Below, piece after piece: positions 35,888-45,222 of a DNA stretch of 64,000 nt (positions within the stretch are counted from its first letter, which is position 1; every line of letters starts with the position of its first letter). A program made the position numbers and the translations under genes. This stretch comes from a virus. The notes below the pieces were generated by a model. That model was not told the origin of the DNA and searched no databases. It saw only the letters and a program-made list of their open reading frames with translations. Location of the stretch: UHGV virus genome UHGV-1352889. One strand, given 5' to 3'.

Positions 35888-36915
35888 GGTGCTACGGTAG
35901 AAACTTCTGCATATTGCCCAACACGTCCGCTTACTCCATCCACGTAGCCACTATACCAGACGGCGGCCAGTCCAGTATTGACCAGCTGGGATTTCACGGT
36001 TGCGTCGAGACTATTGTCCTGCGGGTTTCGCGTTACTGTCAGGATGGCAATCGCGCATTTGCTCTTACCCGTTCCCTCGGCACTCTCAATCGGAGTGATT
36101 ACCTCCTTACCATCCCACGGCTTATCATCAACAACCAGCTTGGCGTTCGTCACGGTATTGGCGGGCCAAGTGTATTCCCATTCAAGGAGTACGGGAAGTT
36201 CACCGTCGGTTACGATTTCCTTCTTAGCCGCGCCGTCTTTGAACCCGGCAATCTCCACCTTCTTCCGTTCGGTATCACGGAAACCGCCCGGCTCGATAAC
36301 TGCGTAGGTATGCCAGTTCTTGTTTGCGTCCTGCTCCTTAGTCGTCGTGACCTTGTATGGGAACTTGCCGCCACCGCCGCCGCCTCCAATGAAGATAGCA
36401 CCTCGGTGAAGTTGCTGGATATATCCGTTCCTGCCCTTGCTCATCCTCGCAATGGGGACGGAGAAGTCCGCGCTGGTGTCTTTCTTACTAGACACGGTGG
36501 AGGACTTGCGGTCGGATTTAACATTGACATACCAGATAATATCCTTATCCAATGGTGCCTTCTCTCCACTATCCACTGCCTTCAACGTCCCCGGCGCACC
36601 ACCAATTTCATGCACCTCATTATCATCAATGACAACACCGCAGGTGTACATGACCTTTGCGTTAGGTCCGGAATCCGTTGGGTCATACACGACGGAGAAC
36701 ATGCTCTCTTCCCTGTTGCGCATGAGGGGGTCATCATTATATACCGGGGTATGGAACGTCCCTATATCACTATCCCCATAGACAGGGGCAATCGGGTCCG
36801 GCATTGAATCAAACGGCGGGGCCTCATTAAACATCTCCGTACCCACGGGAACCGAGGGTACGGGATGATTAAAGAGGTCAGGAGCTTGTGGAATCTCGCT
36901 GTACTCTTCTGCCAT
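35884..36915 (-). CDS. hypothetical structural protein (343 aa, Gly run GGGGGGK)
   Basis: ORF. The antisense ORF 35914..36807 is judged a shadow ORF. Confidence 0.5.
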   Translation of the reverse strand: MAEEYSEIPQAPDLFNHPVPSVPVGTEMFNEAPPFDSMPDPIAPVYGDSDIGTFHTPVYNDDPLMRNREESMFSVVYDPTDSGPNAKVMYTCGVVIDDNEVHEIGGAPGTLKAVDSGEKAPLDKDIIWYVNVKSDRKSSTVSSKKDTSADFSVPIARMSKGRNGYIQQLHRGAIFIGGGGGGGKFPYKVTTTKEQDANKNWHTYAVIEPGGFRDTERKKVEIAGFKDGAAKKEIVTDGELPVLLEWEYTWPANTVTNAKLVVDDKPWDGKEVITPIESAEGTGKSKCAIAILTVTRNPQDNSLDATVKSQLVNTGLAAVWYSGYVDGVSGRVGQYAEVSTVAP

Positions 36916-36916
36916 A

Positions 36917-37351
36917 TTATTTGCAGTATTCTTTGGAGGGGATTACCACCGGACCTGCATCCGTCTTGGGCTGTTCCTGCGTAAAGGTCAACCTTCCGGG
37001 GCTAACGATTACACAGGATTCTCCATTGCAGATAACTGCGCGGTCCTTACTCACATCCGCGTAGGTGCAACTACTCTGCCCCAATGCTCCAAACATGGCT
37101 AAAGCTCCAAGGGCGGCACTAATAATCCCGGAGATGATAGTCTTGTACTTGCCGGGTACACCAAGCTGGACACAGTACTTCGCCGTCAGCTGGGCAAAGA
37201 TGTCAGCCTCTCCCTTGATTAGTTTGCCCGCCATGTTCATGTAGGGCTTCTTCTTTACCGCGGTGAGCTGGTCCCACGGGGTTGGAAGTTCAGCCATGCT
37301 ATAGAGCTTGGCCGCGACTTCTGCCTGTTCATTGAGATTATTTTTTTCCAT
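36917..37351 (-). CDS. hypothetical protein (144 aa, one hydrophobic segment)
   Basis: ORF. Confidence 0.45.
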   Translation of the reverse strand: MEKNNLNEQAEVAAKLYSMAELPTPWDQLTAVKKKPYMNMAGKLIKGEADIFAQLTAKYCVQLGVPGKYKTIISGIISAALGALAMFGALGQSSCTYADVSKDRAVICNGESCVIVSPGRLTFTQEQPKTDAGPVVIPSKEYCK

Positions 37352-37359
37352 GTCGTTGA

Positions 37360-37713
37360 TTAGATTGTTTGTGGCCGGAAGATGTCACGACAGAAAGTGA
37401 TACCTTTCGGAGTTAGTTTACTTTTAGTTTGTTTCCTCGACCCCCTCACTCCCTCGTATTCAATATACCCTTTTTCTTCCAGCTTGCGCAGGACATAGTA
37501 GAGAGATGATATCTGGATGCGAGTACCCCTGCTAATTTCCGGGTTACTATGCTCACTCTCAAATCCATTGGCGTGCATGTACAGAAGAACACGTATGTTA
37601 TCAATGGTGAGGGAGAAGTCAAGGAGGTCGATATTCAGAAGGAGACCGAGCAAGGTTTGTTGATTGCTCTGGCCCTTCTGCACTGTTCTGGTTGTGGAGT
37701 AGGTCGTTCTCAT
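37360..37713 (-). CDS. winged-helix transcriptional regulator (MarR/PadR-like)
   Basis: RVLLYMHANG...ISRGTRIQISSLYYVLRKLEEKGYIEYE is a typical wHTH recognition helix plus wing. Confidence 0.45.
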   Translation of the reverse strand: MRTTYSTTRTVQKGQSNQQTLLGLLLNIDLLDFSLTIDNIRVLLYMHANGFESEHSNPEISRGTRIQISSLYYVLRKLEEKGYIEYEGVRGSRKQTKSKLTPKGITFCRDIFRPQTI

Positions 37714-38186
37714 ATGCCAGAGCTATCTAAACCCAAATGAGAAAGGAGGTCAAGCAAATTGTACGCAAACCGTGTCCTACGACCGCGAGGGTCGCTGTCG
37801 TCACGATACCGTACACGTTGAACCTTGCCCCGCTTGAATAGGGTGGTCAGATACGCCGGAGACTTCAAGCCCGTAGATTCCAATGCGGTAGCTACATCAA
37901 CGTACCCTTCCGGGATGCTGTCATATAGACCTTTGACCTGCATCTGAATATATTCATTGGCTCCTTCCCCTTCCCAGTACATGGTATGCCCACAACGAAC
38001 GTGTTTGACCTTCAATCGGTTCAGGGCGTGAATTACCCACACGGAGCTTCTCCCGATTTTATCGGCAATCTCCCCAGTGGCAATGTAGCCCCGTGGCACG
38101 TTCTTTACCGGGGGAGTACTATGCCGCGGCCTCCGTGGATGTTTCAATCCGGGATGGACGATTAGTCCTCTACTGTTCTTCTTCAT
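37710..38186 (-). CDS. putative HTH DNA-binding protein (158 aa)
   Basis: YIATGEIADKIGRSSVWVIHALNR is HTH-like and the N-terminus is basic. Confidence 0.35.
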   Translation of the reverse strand: MKKNSRGLIVHPGLKHPRRPRHSTPPVKNVPRGYIATGEIADKIGRSSVWVIHALNRLKVKHVRCGHTMYWEGEGANEYIQMQVKGLYDSIPEGYVDVATALESTGLKSPAYLTTLFKRGKVQRVRYRDDSDPRGRRTRFAYNLLDLLSHLGLDSSGI

Positions 38187-38273
38187 GCAGGGGTTAAGTC
38201 GTTGTCGTTATTGTTCTCGATGATGTAGTAGAAGAGAATACCGAGAAGGAATCCAGTGAGTGTGTACATGCGT

Positions 38274-38504
38274 TTAGCGGGTGAATTTGACTGCATGGTT
38301 CAATGCGTCATTAGGGATTAGGAGGATTTCATCCCCGGTCGTATAACTACCGTTGTACGGTACGACAAAGGAATATCCTCGTTTGAGGATTGTATCGAGT
38401 AGCTCTGTGTCAGAGGCTAGACCGACTTCGATAGGGGAGAGAATGCGCTCGTCAATGAGGAATTGGCGAAGCCCTTTAATTTGTCCGATGTATGGTAGGT
38501 TCAT
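38274..38504 (-). CDS. hypothetical protein (76 aa)
   Basis: ORF. Confidence 0.45.
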   Translation of the reverse strand: MNLPYIGQIKGLRQFLIDERILSPIEVGLASDTELLDTILKRGYSFVVPYNGSYTTGDEILLIPNDALNHAVKFTR

Positions 38505-38601
38505 GAGATGAAATGTTATGCGGCGAGGTCTCCCTCCGCGATTAGTATGGAGTTAATGGGGAGGACGAATCCTCCCCCGCTAATGGTTATCCAGTGGTCG
38601 T

Positions 38602-39636
38602 TCATTTTTCTTGGGACTTCATAGTTAATATGAAGCTATTCCAGCGGGCTACCGCTTCTTCGCGAGTGCGGCCATGAATGGAAAAGCTATGAGGAAGGAG
38701 CTTGACCCCGTTGCAGACGACATAGCAATGTTCCTCTCCGGGATAGATGGTTTCCCCCACGACCTCCGGGATTTCTCCGCAGTAGAAGCAAGGACGTGGA
38801 TGGGCGTCGCAGGCTTCAAAATGCCGTCGCACCTCTTGCCCCACTCTTTCGACAAACATATCAACAATATGCTTCGGCACAATTTCTGTGACCCCGGAAT
38901 CCGTGGAATCCACGGGTCCCCCGGTGCCTTCGTCCTCGGATTCCGTGGCTTCCTCGTAGTTCAGGGGATGGTCCAGCCCCTCGTCGAAACAGGAAGCACA
39001 GGGTCCCACGGTTCCGGGCAAGTCCCCATACTTACAGGTAGCGCAGGGGGAGAGGACATCCTCTTCATCCCCTTTATCCTCTTCATATTCCGGGTACTCA
39101 ATTCCCCGCTCCTGTCGGCAATGAGAGCATGGAGGATTGCAACGGAGGTTATCCCGGTGAGTGCAAGTATTGCACGGTTCGATGACATCGTCGTTCTCGT
39201 CCGTACCTTCGGCACATGGCGCAGATTCATCCGGGGTATAATTCTGATAGCCGTTGCAGGAGATGCAGGGTTCCTCTTCGATAGATTTCCCCTTATATTT
39301 ACATGTCTGACAGGTCTGCCCCGTCATCTCGGCTTCTCTCCGCTTTGCTTCTTCCCGCTTCATCATCTCCACCTCTACCAACTTGTTGGTATCGAAGGTG
39401 TAGCAGGGAAGTCCGGGAGTGAGAGCACACTTCTGGCAGGGGGATTGCACCAGCAAGGTATCACGGAATTTGCAGAGGGAGCACCTCCGTGCATCCTCGC
39501 TTGCCGCGGTGTCCGTCGCTTGCGTGGATTCCGTGGATTCAAAGTGGCTAAAGTACATGTCACAACTGGCGCAGGGTTCCGCGGTTTCGGGGAAGTTGCT
39601 GTATGCGCAGGTCCAACAATTTGGTTCGTCGGTCAT
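38602..39636 (-). CDS. protein with five tandem CxxC-x10-PCxxC zinc-ribbon-like repeats (344 aa)
   Basis: Repeats CWTC..PCASC, CSLC..PCQKC, CQTC..PCISC, CNTC..PCSHC and CATC..PCASC, plus a C-terminal CFYC...CYVVC. The antisense 369-aa ORF is judged a shadow ORF. Confidence 0.6.
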   Translation of the reverse strand: MTDEPNCWTCAYSNFPETAEPCASCDMYFSHFESTESTQATDTAASEDARRCSLCKFRDTLLVQSPCQKCALTPGLPCYTFDTNKLVEVEMMKREEAKRREAEMTGQTCQTCKYKGKSIEEEPCISCNGYQNYTPDESAPCAEGTDENDDVIEPCNTCTHRDNLRCNPPCSHCRQERGIEYPEYEEDKGDEEDVLSPCATCKYGDLPGTVGPCASCFDEGLDHPLNYEEATESEDEGTGGPVDSTDSGVTEIVPKHIVDMFVERVGQEVRRHFEACDAHPRPCFYCGEIPEVVGETIYPGEEHCYVVCNGVKLLPHSFSIHGRTREEAVARWNSFILTMKSQEK

Positions 39637-39758
39637 TTTCTTTTGATATGCTTCTTAATGGTTTCGATTACCCACAGGGTGAATAGGACGAGGATGCACA
39701 GAGTAATTCCTATCCATGCAAGGATGTCAGTAATACTAACAAATATCGTTGTGGTCAT
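39633..39758 (-). CDS. mini membrane peptide (41 aa, one TM)
   Basis: MTTTIFVSITDILAWIGITLCILVLFTLWVIETIKKHIKRK. Its stop overlaps the ATG at 39636 (ATGA). It is below the ORF-track length cutoff. Confidence 0.35.
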   Translation of the reverse strand: MTTTIFVSITDILAWIGITLCILVLFTLWVIETIKKHIKRK

Positions 39759-39867
39759 GGTGAATGTATTTGCTGGGATTTAGTAGGAATAAGAATAGAA
39801 TTCTTACGAGGATAGATGTACTCGTTATGATACAGAATGCAAGGATTAAATTGAGGAAGAGTGTCAT
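39736..39867 (-). CDS. mini membrane peptide (43 aa, one TM)
   Basis: MTLFLNLILAFCIITSTSILVRILFLFLLNPSKYIHHDHNDIC. Its start overlaps the upstream stop (ATGA). Confidence 0.35.
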   Translation of the reverse strand: MTLFLNLILAFCIITSTSILVRILFLFLLNPSKYIHHDHNDIC

Positions 39868-39989
39868 ACTCCTTCCTCCTTCTGCTTCATACCTGCCCTT
39901 AGCCCAGCGTAATACGCGAGGACCATTCCGAGAGCGGCGATGCTCATGGGACATACGATGAAGATAATGAATAAGAGGTAGGCAATCAT
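39864..39989 (-). CDS. mini membrane peptide (41 aa, one TM)
   Basis: MIAYLLFIIFIVCPMSIAALGMVLAYYAGLRAGMKQKEEGV. Confidence 0.35.
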   Translation of the reverse strand: MIAYLLFIIFIVCPMSIAALGMVLAYYAGLRAGMKQKEEGV

Positions 39990-39994
39990 GGAGG

Positions 39995-40405
39995 TTAATC
40001 GATTAGTTTGAGGTCAAAGAACATAACGGTGTTGAAGTAGTTGACGGTTACTCCATCGATAGCTACCCAGCCATCGCTGTCTTCATCATCGTAAACCGCG
40101 TACTCCTGATAGGGCGTAGGCTCTTCATCATAGCTTACCCAGCCGCGAGGAACGTATTGTACCCTATCCCCTCTCTTGAACGGTCGCCGGGGTTTGGCGG
40201 CGTTAGTGCAACCAGCGCGGACAGATTCTTCTGGCGCATCTAGAATTTCTTCCATCTGGTTAGCAGAGGCCCACTCCGCTAATCCTCCCGAATAGCGTAC
40301 CTTGTACGGGTAGGAAGAACGTTCGTTGTCGATTTCCACGACGCGACCGCAAGGGCCGCCGTCGACGCGGACAATCATTCCGAGTTTAATTTGATTCTTT
40401 TCCAT
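39995..40405 (-). CDS. hypothetical protein (136 aa)
   Basis: ORF. Confidence 0.5.
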   Translation of the reverse strand: MEKNQIKLGMIVRVDGGPCGRVVEIDNERSSYPYKVRYSGGLAEWASANQMEEILDAPEESVRAGCTNAAKPRRPFKRGDRVQYVPRGWVSYDEEPTPYQEYAVYDDEDSDGWVAIDGVTVNYFNTVMFFDLKLID

Positions 40406-40406
40406 G

Positions 40407-40868
40407 TTAGAATTTGATGTTTGGGTATTCGCGGTAAAGTCGATAGCGGGTCATCCACATGAAAACCCCCGTGGTTATGTAGTTAGATACAACAATAAAG
40501 AGATACCATGCGGCAATCCATGCGGAGATAAGAGAGAGGACATAAAGCGGAGGTGCGGGAAGAGTGAAGAGGCACTCGGCAATGATACTTACAGTTAGTC
40601 CGATTAGCCCAAAGATAACCCACTGAACCGAGGTATTGAAGATATGGTTGTATATGTTCTCCATTTCCTTGCGCTCATATAGGGTATACTCGCTTCCTCT
40701 CGTCCGGTAGCTATTGGTCTCAATACCAATGAGCTTCAAGTGAGCTTTCAGCCTCTTGGCCATCTCGGTGAGGGCAGTACCTCCTAAGCCGCGGAAAGCT
40801 ACACCCGCAAGCGCGAAAAGGCCCGCAAGCGCGAAGTATTGTGTGGTTGATAGATGCAATGCGTTCAT
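40407..40868 (-). CDS. multi-pass membrane protein (153 aa, 3-4 TM)
   Basis: Hydrophobic segments are read directly. Confidence 0.5.
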   Translation of the reverse strand: MNALHLSTTQYFALAGLFALAGVAFRGLGGTALTEMAKRLKAHLKLIGIETNSYRTRGSEYTLYERKEMENIYNHIFNTSVQWVIFGLIGLTVSIIAECLFTLPAPPLYVLSLISAWIAAWYLFIVVSNYITTGVFMWMTRYRLYREYPNIKF

Positions 40869-40886
40869 GATTGTTCTCCTTCTTGG

Positions 40887-41471
40887 TTACTCGGCTTGCT
40901 CCATTCCCCACGGCCATTCAACTATCCTGCTGGGTTCAATGCTTCGTCCGTCTTCCAACAGGATGCGCATGGAGACGCGGGTTCTTCCTGCAACGATTCC
41001 GGTATGCCGACGGAACATACCATCGAAGTACTGGATTTCGGAACCGGGTTGAAGACGCAGAAGCGGAGGACAATGGTCAATGAAGAATCGAGCATTATTC
41101 CATGCCTCTTCATACGCTGTCTCCGGGTCATCGTTATCACATCCTTGCACGGCCAGTGAGCAACTCACACATTGAATGAACTCGTAGTTACCCTTCCGTC
41201 TTTCTTCCAGCAGACCGCCGCAGATAGGACAGAACAGTGGGGGATGTTCTTCCTCTGGGAATGCCTCATCAAAGGCCTTCTCAACTACTGCTTGCGATTC
41301 TACGGATTCATCGCGAAAAGAGAATTCGCTCTTGGTAGGAATGTTCGTTGGGGCCGTGGTATTGGCTTTAACTATTTTCGGGCTAAGGTCTGACATATAA
41401 ACGTGTGTCAAGCCATTGGCCTCGTCAATAACAATCTTGGTTATCTGTTTGGGGTTTGATGTCTTGGACAT
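40887..41471 (-). CDS. zinc-ribbon protein (194 aa)
   Basis: CPICGG...CVSCS motif. Confidence 0.5.
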   Translation of the reverse strand: MSKTSNPKQITKIVIDEANGLTHVYMSDLSPKIVKANTTAPTNIPTKSEFSFRDESVESQAVVEKAFDEAFPEEEHPPLFCPICGGLLEERRKGNYEFIQCVSCSLAVQGCDNDDPETAYEEAWNNARFFIDHCPPLLRLQPGSEIQYFDGMFRRHTGIVAGRTRVSMRILLEDGRSIEPSRIVEWPWGMEQAE

Positions 41472-41477
41472 GGCACC

Positions 41478-41505
41478 ACCATATAATAGTTTTATTATTT
41501 GTCAA
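41478..41505 (-). promoter_or_regulatory. sigma70-like promoter TTGACA-N16-TATGGT, ending 6 nt before the ATG at 41471 (leaderless candidate)
   Basis: Read on the minus strand. Confidence 0.45.
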
Positions 41506-41516
41506 GAAATTATTTC

Positions 41517-41549
41517 AATAAAAATCCCCGGAGGGGTTAGCCTCCGGGG
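41517..41549 (-). terminator. intrinsic terminator: 9-bp stem CCCCGGAGG/CCTCCGGGG plus U-tract
   Basis: Hairpin 41526-41549 with loop GGTTAG, followed on the minus strand by ATTTTTATT. Confidence 0.6.
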
Positions 41550-41609
41550 CGATGTGCTACTTGCGCTTCCAGCCAAGTAAGTCAAGAAGTTCGAGTAAGC
41601 TCATGATTA

Positions 41610-42002
41610 TCATCCTTTTGTGAAGAAGTTAAAGAAGGATAGTGTACCGCTATCGGTGAGTACGAACTGGGGATATTGGTCAGGGGTAAATATTTTTGTA
41701 CCCCCGGAATCCCCGGTAGCCTCGACAGTCAGAAGGACTGCGGGCACCTTGTCCGTCGGGCTGGAAGGAGATGGAACCTCTCCCAATCGTGCCCAAACTT
41801 GGCACGCTTGCCACTGTTCGTCAAGAGCGGCAATGGCCTCGATAGCCCCCGCGAGGGTGGGTATCTGCTCCTTCGGCAACGTGGTCTCACTGTACTGGTC
41901 AAGGTGCGTAAAGCCCAGTGCGTCCGCGTAGATTACACTCATAATGAGCTTGGTCCAGTCGCCGGGCTGTGGGAATTGAATTTGTATTTCTGCGTTGTTC
42001 AT
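41610..42002 (-). CDS. hypothetical protein (130 aa)
   Basis: ORF. Confidence 0.5.
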   Translation of the reverse strand: MNNAEIQIQFPQPGDWTKLIMSVIYADALGFTHLDQYSETTLPKEQIPTLAGAIEAIAALDEQWQACQVWARLGEVPSPSSPTDKVPAVLLTVEATGDSGGTKIFTPDQYPQFVLTDSGTLSFFNFFTKG

Positions 42003-44146
42003 GCCTGTTCAAGGGGGATGTTAATATCTTCGAAATCCGTGGCTTCCTCGGATTCAATGGCATCGACGGCCATTGCTTCCAGTCCATAAAAGACCGGGTT
42101 CGTGCCTCCCGGCTGGTAATAGGTGTGCTCTCCGTCGCCTGCATAAACAGAAATGTTGCCAGTCGAATTATTCACCACATCAGTTACCCAGCTGATAATG
42201 CCGGAGTTTGTCTCAAAAGTGGAGACGCCGCGGCATGTGGCAATTTTATACAGATTATTCGCCTGACCTCCGGTGAGCATGAGCCAGAGTGCACCTAGAT
42301 TATCATACTGGGCAATATTGGCCGAAGCGTTCTGCTGGTAAATAACCTTGGCAATCGTCCAAGGGATGGGTTCGTTTTGACTGGCCGGGATGAAGCTGGT
42401 GGTGGTTTTCACCTGCCAGCCCGCCGTGGAATTGAGCGCGTAAATCTCACGCACCCGCACCGTATAACCGTTACGCTGGGTATCTCTGACGTTGTCAAAG
42501 GTAATATCCAGAATTTCGCCCTGATTGTACGCCAAATCGTTTGCCGGGATAATACTGTAAGAATCTATGGAAAGGTCGGAACGAACCGTCTTCGCGCCAC
42601 GGCCAATACCAAAGGTCAACTTTGCCGCACCAGTAGCACGCCAAACGAAAGAGAACCCTGCGAAACTGGAATAATTCCAGCGGGCATTAACTCCCACAAA
42701 GTCTGCCTGAATAGTCGAATGAGTTCCCGGTGGAACCTTAATAGTAGCTATATGGTATGGGACTGTTTGTGTCACCGTCGAAGTCCCTGTCTTGGTAATG
42801 GTCGTCGTATTGAGGAAAGCATTAGTGGTCAGGATGTTCGCCTCGCTAGCCAATCCCAACGCATAAAAGCGATTAACCGCCCCCGTATTCGTCGGTGCAC
42901 CCACGGCCAACGGGATGTTGATGCCGCTGTTGGCATTGGGGGTTTTGGTGAACGTCAGAACACCGCCCACGGAAATGGTGCCGTACATACGGGTTTGGGA
43001 GTTGAACGTAACTACCCCGTTATGGTTTTCATTTTTGTAGACCCACAAGTCCCCAGACGTATCGATGGTCAATGTCTTATTGTTGACGTTATTGGGGTCA
43101 GTTATGGAGAGGAAACCGTCGGATTCTTCGTAAAGTATGGCTCGCGTAGGACCGCTCTCCTTGCCGAAGAGGATGCACTTCATCTTCTCGCCAGTGGTGG
43201 CAACGAAGCTAATGCCGTCATCAAAAGTGGTGGGGTTTTGGAACTTGACAGGAATCGCAACGTCCATGTGGGAAGCGTCCGTCCCCTCAATGACTGCGGC
43301 TCCGCTACCATCGCCGTGGATTTTCACCGCGTCATCCCCTTGTCCGAGAACTAAAGGAACTTCGTTTCCGAGAACTAATCCCGCCGTGTTGGTGAAACTC
43401 CATGCCCCGGAGATTGTCTGGTCACTAGCTGGGTCAAAGCCAGTGCCAGAACCGCCACCCTCACCGGAGCCTAACCTAAAATTTCTGATGGAGACGAAGT
43501 AGCCCGCTTCTTCAATCGTACTACCGAGAGAAAGAATTGCAGAAGTTTCAGTTGCCACAAAGACCAGCTGGTCAGTAGTCTTACCGCCAGCGAGGAATGC
43601 CTTAGGATTGTTGTCGGCTCCTACGCTAAAGAGCGCATAGCTGAATTCCGGATTAGGCTTCGTTTCCATCAAGCCGCCCAAGTCAGGATGCACATTGATA
43701 GAGTAGAGCTTACCGCTTTCGAGGTTGGAGATTTTGTAGAAACCTTCGGAGACAGGGCCATCACCGTCCAGCGGAAGGGCCTGATACTCTTGGTCGTAGT
43801 CGAACCCCAACGGGTGAAGAGCAATCGTCGCGTGTGCACTTTCGACGGAGGCGTTCTTGTCCTGCGCGTTAGTGGGGACGACGAAGTACTTACCGTTGGG
43901 AGATGCAATCTCAATCACCTGTCCCGCGACCGAACCATTGATGATGAACTGTTCCGGCGTAATGTTGGACCACAGTTCGTCAGTAGGAGCGGTAGCGGAA
44001 AGCTTGAAGAGACAGGGAGAACTGGAAGCAAGAAGCCACGCGGTGTGCGTGTCGGCATCGCCCAGCTTATAGGTTACGCCCGGCGTAATAGGAGAACCGT
44101 TGACGTAGTTTTCAATATTGATTTTAGAAGAACGTTTACGTGCCAT
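41999..44146 (-). CDS. tail fibre / receptor-binding-like protein (715 aa)
   Basis: Large protein following head genes, with a Gly-rich linker GSGEGGGSGTG. Assignment is by size and position only. Confidence 0.35.
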   Translation of the reverse strand: MARKRSSKINIENYVNGSPITPGVTYKLGDADTHTAWLLASSSPCLFKLSATAPTDELWSNITPEQFIINGSVAGQVIEIASPNGKYFVVPTNAQDKNASVESAHATIALHPLGFDYDQEYQALPLDGDGPVSEGFYKISNLESGKLYSINVHPDLGGLMETKPNPEFSYALFSVGADNNPKAFLAGGKTTDQLVFVATETSAILSLGSTIEEAGYFVSIRNFRLGSGEGGGSGTGFDPASDQTISGAWSFTNTAGLVLGNEVPLVLGQGDDAVKIHGDGSGAAVIEGTDASHMDVAIPVKFQNPTTFDDGISFVATTGEKMKCILFGKESGPTRAILYEESDGFLSITDPNNVNNKTLTIDTSGDLWVYKNENHNGVVTFNSQTRMYGTISVGGVLTFTKTPNANSGINIPLAVGAPTNTGAVNRFYALGLASEANILTTNAFLNTTTITKTGTSTVTQTVPYHIATIKVPPGTHSTIQADFVGVNARWNYSSFAGFSFVWRATGAAKLTFGIGRGAKTVRSDLSIDSYSIIPANDLAYNQGEILDITFDNVRDTQRNGYTVRVREIYALNSTAGWQVKTTTSFIPASQNEPIPWTIAKVIYQQNASANIAQYDNLGALWLMLTGGQANNLYKIATCRGVSTFETNSGIISWVTDVVNNSTGNISVYAGDGEHTYYQPGGTNPVFYGLEAMAVDAIESEEATDFEDINIPLEQA

Positions 44147-44220
44147 GATAGTAAAAATTTGGGGCTGAACCCATAGAAGTTTAGCTCATGAGTTCAGCCC
44201 CGTCAAGGTTTAATTGTTGG

Positions 44221-45192
44221 TTATGCGATATTTCCAACGAAGGTAATCACCGCAGTTCCTTTAAAGGTCCCGGCATCACCGCCCGTAGGAATCTGGAACG
44301 AGGCAACGGCGGCTCGCTGTCCCGCACCAAGAGCAGTCCCCTGTGAAAAGATAAGAGTTCCTCGAAGGTTCTTACCAGTCACAATACCCTGCGCGGCCTC
44401 GAGAGGAAGAAGACCTTGCGCCCCTGCTTCCCCAACTACGTTGGTAAGGACTACGTTCTGGTTCTGGATAGTGATGTTGCCATCGTATTGGAATTCAGGT
44501 GCGGCGGCTTCGGTCACGAAGTCCACGCGGTAATATCCGGCAGGGGTAGGACCTACAAGAGCTACGTCGGAAACGGTGTCCGAAAGGGTCGTAAGCTGGG
44601 GAGCGGTAAGACCCTCAATCCCCTGCGCGGCTACGATGTCAACGTTAGCCTTTACTGCTCCATCTACGTACACCCACGCTTTCGTACCGGTGGAAGTGAA
44701 ACGAGTGGTCCCTGCGGCAGTTACAAACGGAGGTTCTTCTATTGCGTCTGCAATGGTATCTCCTGTCTTGACAAATACGGTTACAGGGACTTCCGCACTT
44801 ACTTTCAATTCGTACCCCGTATCTGCGACTAAATCACCGATACTATACCACTTGTCAGGTGATAAGTCTGCGGGAAGAGTTGCTTCTTCGGGGGCCGGAA
44901 TTTGGTCGGCCTTCATAGTCAGGGTAATCTCCGCGCCTTCAAGGGCATCGATGCGGAGGTAAGCGTTAGTCTGACCACCTTCCGTCACGAAGTAGAAAGC
45001 ACGGCCAGAAAGATACCCTTCGGCTTCCACCTGCTCCAACGCTTCATCTTTCGCGATGACCACATGCGGGCACTTGGTAGACGTGACAATAAACTTATAC
45101 CGAGTGGCCTCGGTCAGTCCGGTAAGCTGATAGATTTGCCCGCGAGCGATAGTTGCATTCTCTGCGGGGATGGGAAGATTTTCTATTGCCAT
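44221..45192 (-). CDS. structural protein (323 aa)
   Basis: ORF immediately downstream of the major capsid protein region. Confidence 0.45.
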   Translation of the reverse strand: MAIENLPIPAENATIARGQIYQLTGLTEATRYKFIVTSTKCPHVVIAKDEALEQVEAEGYLSGRAFYFVTEGGQTNAYLRIDALEGAEITLTMKADQIPAPEEATLPADLSPDKWYSIGDLVADTGYELKVSAEVPVTVFVKTGDTIADAIEEPPFVTAAGTTRFTSTGTKAWVYVDGAVKANVDIVAAQGIEGLTAPQLTTLSDTVSDVALVGPTPAGYYRVDFVTEAAAPEFQYDGNITIQNQNVVLTNVVGEAGAQGLLPLEAAQGIVTGKNLRGTLIFSQGTALGAGQRAAVASFQIPTGGDAGTFKGTAVITFVGNIA

Positions 45193-45222
45193 AATTCTTC
45201 GTTAAGAGTTTTAGTTAAAAGA

